Shown here piece after piece: positions 1 to 7,391 of a stretch of 64,000 bases of DNA (positions within the stretch are counted from its first letter, which is position 1; every line of letters starts with the position of its first letter). Source of the stretch: Candidatus Obscuribacteraceae bacterium (GTDB lineage Bacteria; Cyanobacteriota; Vampirovibrionia; Obscuribacterales; Obscuribacteraceae); assembly GCA_044226015.1 (NCBI GenBank), contig JBGAHS010000006.1, positions 32,001-96,000 of the forward strand, in the 5' to 3' direction. Below the pieces are notes generated by a model, which worked only from the letters and a program-made list of their open reading frames with translations, searched no databases and had not been told where the DNA came from. A program made the position numbers and the translations under genes.

Positions 1-12
1 TGGAATCTTGCT

Positions 13-105
13 TCAGATCTTGTTGGCGAGCCAACGAAGAATCGGCACGAACAGGGGCACGCAGACTGCCGCCGTCAGCGCTGTTTTATAGAACAGTTCC
101 CACAT
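13..105 (-). CDS. Putative 30-aa single-TM small protein (MWELFYKTALTAAVCVPLFVPILRWLANKI)
   Basis: Read by hand on the minus strand and below the ORF-track cutoff. ATG at 105-103, TGA at 15-13, GGAG about 8 nt upstream. Hydrophobic core, same orientation as its neighbours. Confidence 0.45.
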   Translation of the reverse strand: MWELFYKTALTAAVCVPLFVPILRWLANKI

Positions 106-123
106 GAAAAATTCTCCGATTGT

Positions 124-150
124 TGAGTGGTGGCACTATGCCACCACCCA
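124..150 (-). terminator. Intergenic stem-loop (GTGGTGGC...GCCACCAC family, copy 1)
   Basis: Minus strand TGGGTGGTGGCA-TAG-TGCCACCACTCA forms a 12-bp stem with one G-U pair. No U-tract, so it may be a stabilising or REP-like hairpin. Confidence 0.45.
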
Positions 151-181
151 TTCTTGTCGCGTGAGTGCTACGCGATGGAAC

Positions 182-355
182 TCAGCCGAAGAGCTTGAAG
201 CCGCCGATGACCGCCGCAGCGAGACCGCCGAGAGTCAGGATATTGGCGAGACCTTCGATTCCCTCGTTGCGGGTGCGGTAGGCGACCTGTCCGACGAAGA
301 CGGAGACGAACATGGCAGCCAGACCGCCGACGAAGAGCTTTTCCGGAGTCAACAT
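182..355 (-). CDS. Small two-TM membrane protein, 57 aa (MLTPEKLFVGG...)
   Basis: Track ORF 182..382. Start moved to the ATG at 355 because GAAAGGAACACAC directly precedes it. Two hydrophobic segments. Confidence 0.6.
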   Translation of the reverse strand: MLTPEKLFVGGLAAMFVSVFVGQVAYRTRNEGIEGLANILTLGGLAAAVIGGFKLFG

Positions 356-434
356 GTGTGTGTTCCTTTCTCTTATCCGCAACGTGAGAGAACCGCTATT
401 GCCGCGGACTGAGCAATAGGCTGGTTGTTCACTA

Positions 435-932
435 TTAGCCCCTCAGGTTGAAGGGCTCGGTGCCGACTGGCACGTGAATGCGGTAGCGAACAAGTGCGCC
501 TTCCGGCTCACTCGGGCGCCCCCACTTATACTGCCAGCAAGAGGTGTCGTAGACTGCGACGACATCGGCAATAATAGCCGTCGCTTCCAGATTCTCGTCA
601 GCGATGATTTCAGTCAACGCGACGGGTATGAATACTTCGTCGTATGTCCCCTGGTCGGCGAAAGCTCGCACAATGAAGTCATCGTGCAGTCGAGCAATCA
701 AGCCGCGAGTATTTCGTTCTTCGTCACGAAATGCTTGCAAACGCCTGCCGGGCTTCTCGCGTTCGATCATCTTGATCGAACGTCCGATGAAGAGGGACAC
801 CGCGAGTCCGAGTGCGGAACCGGCCCAAATGCAGCCCACGCCGATGAGCATGGTCTGAACCGAGTGACTCGACGGTACAAGCAGGAGGAAGCTGAGCGCA
901 CCGAGGATGGTACCAGCGATAATGCTGAACAT
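435..932 (-). CDS. Hypothetical membrane protein (2 N-terminal TM segments + soluble domain), 165 aa
   Basis: ATG preceded by GAAAGGAACACAT, nearly the same RBS as the 182..355 gene. Two hydrophobic helices at the N-terminus. Confidence 0.7.
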   Translation of the reverse strand: MFSIIAGTILGALSFLLLVPSSHSVQTMLIGVGCIWAGSALGLAVSLFIGRSIKMIEREKPGRRLQAFRDEERNTRGLIARLHDDFIVRAFADQGTYDEVFIPVALTEIIADENLEATAIIADVVAVYDTSCWQYKWGRPSEPEGALVRYRIHVPVGTEPFNLRG

Positions 933-1067
933 ATGTGTTCCTTTCGAACTGTAGACTTAGCTGCTCTCACAGCTTGAGCCATGTTAGATGCTCCAGGCAT
1001 CAATTGTGACCATGACTCATGGCTGGCGAAGTGCGCCAGGCATGAAGCATGCATCTTTCTAGAGAAT

Positions 1068-1094
1068 AGTGGTGGCACCATAAGCGCCACCACC
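1068..1094 (-). terminator. Intergenic stem-loop (GTGGTGGC...GCCACCAC family, copy 2)
   Basis: Minus strand GGTGGTGGCGCT-TAT-GGTGCCACCACT forms a 12-bp stem with G-U pairs, 16 nt after the stop of 1111..3411. A T6 tract follows it on the plus strand. Confidence 0.55.
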
Positions 1095-1110
1095 TTTTTT
1101 GCTGAGTTGC

Positions 1111-3411
1111 TCAGTGCTTTTTCTTCTTATGCTTCTTCGGCGCCTGTTCGGTCGGAGTTGCCGAGGAAGGAAACTCCGAAGCCAGATTCAGGAACGCCGG
1201 AGGCGGCGGCGAGTAGACTTCGACCTTGGGAGCCGGAGCTTCGACCTTGGGAGCCGGAGCTTCGACCTTGGGAGCCGGAGCTTCGACCTTGGGAGCCGGA
1301 GCCTCGACCTTGGGAGCCGGAGCCTCGACCTTGGGAGCCGGAGCCTCGACCTTGGGAGCCGGAGCCTCGACCCTGCGAGCCGGAGCCTCGACCTTCGCAG
1401 GTTTCGGCTGCGACGCTTCCTTCCGAGCAAGTTCGTCAGAGTCTTCCTTCTGAAGCAGCTGGTCGATCTCATCGGCGGTCTTCACCTGCACCGGATGTTC
1501 GGCGTGCGCATCGAAGAGCACGCCGTTTGCAAATCCGTGATTCTTAGTCACGTTCGTTTGCATCAGCGCGGTGAGCCAGTGAATCTTTCCGGTCTCCGAA
1601 ACGACCAGCATGGCGCCGTTCAGTTTCAGATAGTTCTGACCGGGAAGAACACTGGAAACATTCGCGATGATTTGAGCGGGACCAGGCAGGTCATGCTCGT
1701 TCTGCGATTTTCCATCCGGGTAGTAGATCTGAAGGTCGCCCGTGACGCGATCGCTCAGTCCGATGGCCTTCAACGCGGTGGCGCTGGTGCCCTTCGGCTC
1801 GAACGGAATTACGCCGTAGATGCCCGTCGAGAACGACTGATAGGTCGGATAGAGATTGTCCTCCGGCTTGTCGCTGTCCGAGATTTCGAGCAATTCGCCC
1901 GACCACTGGATAGCAAACATGCTGCTGTTGTCCGCCCAGAGCTGGGCATATTGCCGAGCCAGTGCGGTGGGGAAGAGCGGCACTCCGGGGAAGCGCTGGG
2001 CAGCCATCGACGGAAGCATGTCGACGATATGACCAGACTCGGAGACAACCATGACGCCCGAGAGAACGGGAATCATGCCGCCCCATTGCAGACTCCAGCT
2101 GGTGTAAGGCACCAAGAGGTAGTTGTCACCGCCCACGGTGCGACCGATGATAGCCGGTTGCATCTGTCCGAACGGATGCCGAAGAGCGAACGCTGCCTTC
2201 AGCACCGGGCTGTGTTCGCCATAGACGAACTGCACCGGAACCGTCGAGCTGAACCGTCCTGTCTTGCCGCCGTCGACGAGGATGACCCCTTCGATGCCGC
2301 TTGCAGGGTAGGTCAGAACGTGGTTCTGCACGCGAGTCGGAACGCGCATGCACTCCCAATAGATGCGCTGGCGGTCGCCCTTGTCGTTGAGAAAGATCGG
2401 ACGCGGGTTGGGCAGCAGATTGGTGAATGCCATATCATTGGCATCGCCGCAGTAGTCGGGAACGGTGACCAGAGGCAGAATGCGATGCGCCCCCGGAGTC
2501 GACTGCGGAAGGCGGTCGATATGGGTGACGCGAACCGCGTTCGCCATCTGATATTTGTAGAGCCATTCCGTGTTGTTCGCGATATAGAACCACGCGCAGA
2601 AGAGCAAACTCACAGCCGACGCCGCGATGAAAGTCTTGTGCGAGCGATGCGGAAGCTCGAAGGTCGAGCGATCCATATAAGCGAACACTGACAGTGCGAC
2701 GCCCACGGAGATCATGACGGCGGCACCCAGATAGGAGTGCGTCGGCATGAAGAGGATGACGAAGAGAAACGACATGACGGGCGTTGCCCACCAGTGGTTG
2801 CTCTCGTCACCGCTCGGAGCCCTGAGCGTGGCGAATCCTTCGACAACCAGCGCGAAGAGGGCGAACACGATCGGGGCGAATCTGGCGAACTGGAAGGTAT
2901 AAGGCTGCACCGCTGGCAGTATCGCCGTCAGAATGAAGCCGTAGGACCAGAACAGCACAAACCCGAGAACGACCGGCGCGAAGAAAGCAAAGCTCCAACG
3001 AAAGAAGGAGCCCAGCTGCTGCGGCACGGCGAAGGAGCGCCCGAAGATGTGAATCTCGGAGGGTTCCAATTCGTCATGCGACCAGGCGCGACGCACGAGT
3101 TCCAACCCGAGCAGCACAGCGATGCCGCCAGCGCCGATGGCGAAAGCGGACGGTTCGCTGAGGAAGAGAAGGAACCATGAAACGACGACGCCGGTGACCC
3201 ACGCGGTGCGGTGCTTGTAGTCCTTGAAGTAGAGGAGCACAAGTCCGACGACAATGAGAAGTCCGGCGTCGTACCAGACTGGCACGAATCGCGCGAGCGT
3301 GAAGAAGGTCCACGCGAGGGCGAAGCCAACGGCGGTTTCTTCGATTTTGAACAGGACCATGCTCACGAAAGCCGAGGCTTTAGCGAGCAGCGAACTGATG
3401 GTGTTCCACAT
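1111..3411 (-). CDS. Polytopic membrane protein, 766 aa, with large soluble domain, KVEAPAP repeat stalk and Lys/His tail
   Basis: Long ORF with many hydrophobic segments in the first ~280 aa. The C-terminal PFEPKG...GDLQIY...GPAQIIA segment loosely recalls UPF0182-type proteins (unverified). Confidence 0.85.
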   Translation of the reverse strand: MWNTISSLLAKASAFVSMVLFKIEETAVGFALAWTFFTLARFVPVWYDAGLLIVVGLVLLYFKDYKHRTAWVTGVVVSWFLLFLSEPSAFAIGAGGIAVLLGLELVRRAWSHDELEPSEIHIFGRSFAVPQQLGSFFRWSFAFFAPVVLGFVLFWSYGFILTAILPAVQPYTFQFARFAPIVFALFALVVEGFATLRAPSGDESNHWWATPVMSFLFVILFMPTHSYLGAAVMISVGVALSVFAYMDRSTFELPHRSHKTFIAASAVSLLFCAWFYIANNTEWLYKYQMANAVRVTHIDRLPQSTPGAHRILPLVTVPDYCGDANDMAFTNLLPNPRPIFLNDKGDRQRIYWECMRVPTRVQNHVLTYPASGIEGVILVDGGKTGRFSSTVPVQFVYGEHSPVLKAAFALRHPFGQMQPAIIGRTVGGDNYLLVPYTSWSLQWGGMIPVLSGVMVVSESGHIVDMLPSMAAQRFPGVPLFPTALARQYAQLWADNSSMFAIQWSGELLEISDSDKPEDNLYPTYQSFSTGIYGVIPFEPKGTSATALKAIGLSDRVTGDLQIYYPDGKSQNEHDLPGPAQIIANVSSVLPGQNYLKLNGAMLVVSETGKIHWLTALMQTNVTKNHGFANGVLFDAHAEHPVQVKTADEIDQLLQKEDSDELARKEASQPKPAKVEAPARRVEAPAPKVEAPAPKVEAPAPKVEAPAPKVEAPAPKVEAPAPKVEAPAPKVEVYSPPPPAFLNLASEFPSSATPTEQAPKKHKKKKH
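1218..1396. repeat. 21-bp coding tandem repeat, 8 full copies plus a partial, encoding KVEAPAP
   Basis: Unit C(T/C)TCGACCTTGGGAGCCGGAG repeated head to tail, with one variant unit. Confidence 0.95.
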
Positions 3412-3628
3412 TCAGTTTATCCCTGAGTTGTGTCGCATTTGCGACGTTGCGTTGTGGATAAATCCACTAATTGAACTGCTTTGGTTTTGCTATAAGAAAG
3501 GTAGGATTTGTTTTCGAAAAAGGCGCAAGACCAGCAATTTGATTGCTGGTCTAATGCTTGTTGGAATGTTGTTATAGTGTCGTTTTGCTCGAATGAAATC
3601 CGCGTGATGTGTAAAAGAAGATTCCTTC

Positions 3629-3658
3629 ATTCTAGATAGAAGACAAATTCCAACACAA
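3629..3658 (-). promoter_or_regulatory. Putative sigma70-type promoter (TTGTGT-N18-TAGAAT)
   Basis: Consensus-like hexamers upstream of the leader hairpin 3528-3552. Positioned like the elements at 5045-5072 and 6931-6958. Confidence 0.4.
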
Positions 3659-3787
3659 GGTTTTCAAGCGGTGCTGATTATTAAAACTGCAATTCATTGC
3701 ATTAACTTGCGCGCTAACTTGCTATCTGACTCTCTTAACGCGAGCTTAAACGCTAGGATGCGAACTTCGCAGTAAACTTCGCGGTTT

Positions 3788-3818
3788 TGAGGAAGAGGCA
3801 CTGAATGCCCCTTCCTCA
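3788..3818 (-). terminator. Stem-loop downstream of the J-domain gene
   Basis: TGAGGAAGGGGCA/TGCCTCTTCCTCA inverted repeat 15 nt after the stop codon. Confidence 0.6.
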
Positions 3819-3833
3819 GATAGCAGCATCATA

Positions 3834-4784
3834 TTAATGACGATGCTTGCCTTTCGTCTTAGACTTCGGCATCGCCGGAGTCAAAGGCGATTTGTCACGC
3901 TCTGTTGAAGTGGTCGGCGCTGTAACCAGTGGCACCGGTGACGGTGTCACTGTCTGCTGCGCTTCATCCACCGGGCGATATTCATGGGATGGAGAAGCGG
4001 CGTCGACCTTCTTGGGCTCAGTCGCTTGATAGATGTTGCTGACCAGCGGAGAAGGGGGTGTTTTCTTTTGCGGATGGCTTGCAGCAGCAATGATGGCTCC
4101 AATCACTCCAATAATTAGAATGATGCGTGCCCAAGCTATGAGCTTAGCCTCCCTTTTCTCCTTCTGCGCCTTTTTCTGCTTTTCCTTTTGCAGCCGGTCC
4201 CACGCATTCCACCGCGCCCGTTGTGCCTGGGCTTCTGCATTCTCTTTCTGCCGTTTGGCGTTGAGAGCTTCTCCGGCAAGAAGAATGAACTGGCGTATCA
4301 GCTCAAGCTGCTGGGCTAAGTTGTAACCTTTGATCTTCTGCTCAAACTCTTCCCATGGGTCGTTGAACGATGGTCCCTGCTGATAGTGAGCTTGTCCTTG
4401 CCAATGATGATCGTGACCGCTGGCGCCGTGCTGCTGTCCCGCATTGCGAAACTCGTGCTGATCAGGGCGCCGTTGGTTGGGCCCATTCGTGTGCGCATGA
4501 GCGCCGGCGTGATATGCGCTGTGTTCATGAGCTTGCTGCGAAGCTCTGCTCGTGCGCGGCGGAGCGCACTGATAAGATTTCCAGTATTTGAGCAGCTCGT
4601 CTTTCGCGTTATTGATTTCCGCAAGACGTTCATCGGCTGCTTTCTTTTTTCTTGTGTCGGTGATCTTGTCGGAGTGATTCCTTTTAACAAGGCCTCTGTG
4701 CGCGGTTTTGATTTCGCTCTCGCTAGCTCCCGGCGAAAGACCGAGGATGGCGTAAAGCGCATCATAATCGATGATGTTAAACAT
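3834..4784 (-). CDS. J-domain (DnaJ-like) membrane protein with a non-canonical HSD motif, 316 aa
   Basis: YAILGLSPGASESEIKTAHRGLVKRNHSDK...LAEINNAKDELL is a J-domain. It is followed by a His/Gln-rich linker, a coiled coil, one TM helix and a Pro-rich tail. RBS GAAGGAG. Confidence 0.85.
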   Translation of the reverse strand: MFNIIDYDALYAILGLSPGASESEIKTAHRGLVKRNHSDKITDTRKKKAADERLAEINNAKDELLKYWKSYQCAPPRTSRASQQAHEHSAYHAGAHAHTNGPNQRRPDQHEFRNAGQQHGASGHDHHWQGQAHYQQGPSFNDPWEEFEQKIKGYNLAQQLELIRQFILLAGEALNAKRQKENAEAQAQRARWNAWDRLQKEKQKKAQKEKREAKLIAWARIILIIGVIGAIIAAASHPQKKTPPSPLVSNIYQATEPKKVDAASPSHEYRPVDEAQQTVTPSPVPLVTAPTTSTERDKSPLTPAMPKSKTKGKHRH

Positions 4785-5044
4785 CGGTTGTCTCCTTCTA
4801 GATGACTGGGCGTCATCGCAGTTGCATGTACCGACGCTCAGGCGTCTTTGTCAGGGTTTCTGCAAGGTCTGCATGATGCGTATATTCGCAAACTAAGATG
4901 TTCAAATCTGTAGATGAAGGTTTTGCTAATAAAAAGGGCAAAAACCAGCAATAGGACTTGCTGGCTGTGATATTGAATTGCGATTGGAAACGTTAGTGTT
5001 TGATGGAAATTGCTCGATGTAATTGTGCGAAAGATGATGTTTAT

Positions 5045-5072
5045 AATCTAGCGAAATCTTCTCTCGTTTCAA
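5045..5072 (-). promoter_or_regulatory. Putative sigma70-type promoter (TTGAAA-N16-TAGATT)
   Basis: Consensus-like hexamers about 80 nt upstream of the leader hairpin 4945-4964. Confidence 0.45.
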
Positions 5073-5236
5073 AATTTTGGCTGCTTGGAGTCGCACTCCA
5101 AAAGTGCCATGAATACAGGAAAGTTTCGATGGCTAGTTAGCAGCTTCGTAATCTTACTAGAGAAAAATGATGCATGAAGGCTCTGCGATTTTATAGCATG
5201 CTGCGCTAAGCGTGACACTAGATATGGTGGCGCTAT

Positions 5237-5277
5237 AAAAAGACCACCGGACAATCAAAAATTGATTGTCCGGCGGT
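5237..5277 (-). terminator. Rho-independent terminator
   Basis: Minus strand ACCGCCGGACAATCAA-TTT-TTGATTGTCCGGTGGT followed by CTTTTT, downstream of 5431..6441. Confidence 0.75.
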
Positions 5278-5430
5278 TGCAAGGTAATTTACAGAAGGTA
5301 CGATTACAATAACGAGACATGCGTGAATTCGCTGTGAAAAATTTTGCTCGATTTATTGACTAATCGTTCCTATATAAAGGAACGAAAAACGGGCTGGGTG
5401 CACAATTATGCAGCATCCAGCCCATATCTT

Positions 5431-6441
5431 TTAGTTCACCTTCCAACTTGCGGTGCCCAGCACAACGCCGTCTCCATTGGTGTCGCTGACCAGTGCTTCG
5501 ACGAGGTGAGTGCCGTCGCTGCTGACTCGAGTCTTTGAACTCTCGCAAACAGCTGTGAGTTTCCCCTCGCCGCTCCCGAGAAACTTCATGGAGAACCCGG
5601 TGAGGATACTCCGCGAACCCGGCGCCAATTTGTAGTTCAGCGCAAGTCCGGTCGACATTTCGATCAAGTTCATCAGCGCGGCCGGATGGGCGTGACTCGC
5701 GTCATCCCATTTGACACTGCCGACTCTCCAGGTGAAAGTGCCATACGCGACGACTTCGTTCTCGGAGTCGTAGATCGTACACGGCACTTCATGTTGTCCT
5801 CGACCTGGTATGCTGACGCCCTCGCAGACAGCACGCAGTCTTCCGCGAGCTTTCTTGATATACCGAATATTGAACGCGTGGAAGCGAGCAAAATCATTCG
5901 GCCGCGCTGCGGTTACTGCAAGGCGTGTGCATCGGAACATAAGTGTGACGAGAGCCGCCGCGTGAACGCTATTGAGATGATTGCAAACCTCGGAAGTCTG
6001 CTCCATCTCGTAAGCTGTACGCAGGTGCGTGAGCAAGAGAGTGTTTGCAGCGATGCTCCAATCATACTCATCGCGAACTGCACGCGATTGACCCATTGAG
6101 ACAATGCAAGCAGCGGAGTCGAGTCTCTCGACGGTCGCCCCGATACTGCCGGAGTAAGGCGCCATGTAGCCGATGAATCTGCTGAAGAGCTTCCGGCCGA
6201 AAGGAATGTGCGAGCACACGCCGAACATCGTGCGAATCAATTTGCCGACGTCGCCGCTCTTCTTCGTGGATTTCTTCTTCGGTTCTTTCTGTGGCTGTTC
6301 GTAGGGGAGGCACTGTTTGCGGTGCCAGCCCGTTATCGGTAGACCGCAGCGAGCGCAGTGATGCTCTCGCTCAAAATGAGAGTGAAGCGGAACTTGTGCT
6401 CCGCGTTCGGAACTCTCGGTATGACGAATGGTATCATCCAT
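5431..6441 (-). CDS. Tandem hot-dog-fold (DUF4442/PaaI-like thioesterase) protein with an N-terminal Cys/His motif, 336 aa
   Basis: PYSGSIGATVE...NHLNSVHAAAL...RYIKKARGRLRAVC, then a second copy HPAALMNLIEMSTGLAL...KFLGSGEGKLTAVC. RBS GAAAGGA. Confidence 0.75.
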   Translation of the reverse strand: MDDTIRHTESSERGAQVPLHSHFEREHHCARCGLPITGWHRKQCLPYEQPQKEPKKKSTKKSGDVGKLIRTMFGVCSHIPFGRKLFSRFIGYMAPYSGSIGATVERLDSAACIVSMGQSRAVRDEYDWSIAANTLLLTHLRTAYEMEQTSEVCNHLNSVHAAALVTLMFRCTRLAVTAARPNDFARFHAFNIRYIKKARGRLRAVCEGVSIPGRGQHEVPCTIYDSENEVVAYGTFTWRVGSVKWDDASHAHPAALMNLIEMSTGLALNYKLAPGSRSILTGFSMKFLGSGEGKLTAVCESSKTRVSSDGTHLVEALVSDTNGDGVVLGTASWKVN

Positions 6442-6482
6442 TTAGAGATCCTTTCTGGTTCGTTTCTTCTGTCTTGCTCTGC

Positions 6483-6761
6483 TTACCAGTAGCCAAGCCA
6501 GCGAAAAGGCATGAACTGCCGATAAAGCATATACATGGCGTAGGGCGCGAATAGGCTCGACTGCATGACGACTGCCAAAAATTTCCAGCCTTCGATGACA
6601 TTTGCAGTTGAGACACTTCCGCACAGTGGTGGTGAAAACGTGTACGTCAGTGCCGGTGACGCTGCGAAGATGCTGTCATACGGAACCCATTCCGTGTTGA
6701 ATGCAGGCATCTGACCGAACATCCACGTAGTCGAGTGTCTTGGAATTTTCTGTGTGGTCAT
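6483..6761 (-). CDS. Hypothetical small protein with a C-terminal hydrophobic segment, 92 aa
   Basis: ATG preceded by GAAAGGAA. Lies 41 nt upstream of the hot-dog gene on the same strand. Confidence 0.55.
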   Translation of the reverse strand: MTTQKIPRHSTTWMFGQMPAFNTEWVPYDSIFAASPALTYTFSPPLCGSVSTANVIEGWKFLAVVMQSSLFAPYAMYMLYRQFMPFRWLGYW

Positions 6762-6930
6762 TTCATTCTATTCCTTTCATTTTCTTTTATTGCGTGGTAA
6801 ATCCACAAAAATATTGGTTTGCAGTACAAAATTTGTCAGGTCTAGAGACCTGATTTGTAATACCGTAAGTGGTGAATTTGTTTAGCTGAAATGGGTTCCT
6901 GGAATTGAAAGTGAAAGCGATGTACTCTTC

Positions 6931-6958
6931 ATCTTATTGATTTATGTTGGCAGTTCAA
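6931..6958 (-). promoter_or_regulatory. Putative sigma70-type promoter (TTGAAC-N16-TAAGAT)
   Basis: Consensus-like hexamers upstream of the hairpin TCAGGTC-TAGA-GACCTGA (6836-6853). Confidence 0.4.
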
Positions 6959-7391
6959 AACTAAGTAGTTACAAACGCGAAGATTTGATTGCCTGCAGCA
7001 CAACGATCTCTGGACGCTTACCAGAAGACAGGTTACTCGCTATGGTGATGTTCCCAAAAACATCTTGCCATGCTTATTAGTAATCTCGCAGTTGCTCTCG
7101 TGGTTCGTGCAAGTTATTGTTTGCAGCGCGCTAACTCTTCCAGAAAAGTTATTCTATTTCTGAAATCACTCAACATCATCTGGGAAAGTGTTCCACTGGA
7201 TTAATAGTACGAAGCAGTCACATTGTTGCTTCGTTTGTCCATCGATAGTTAGTATAAATGTCCCGCTAAGTCTCACCTGGGTGTTCACGCTATCTTTAAT
7301 GTGATCACACTAGGTTTTCTGCTATAGCTCTGGAAGTTATGTGCGACTCAAAAATTTTTGCCGGCAGTCTCTACCGGCTCTCGCAGGTGTT

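Noticed and set aside
981..2691. Plus-strand ORFs 981..1547 and 1099..2691 (530 aa)
   Set aside because: Antisense shadows of the 766-aa membrane protein in GC-rich DNA, with Arg-rich implausible composition.
1..6761. Integron cassette array or prophage
   Set aside because: No attC-like RYYYAAC/GTTRRRY ends, integrase, or phage structural genes recognised.
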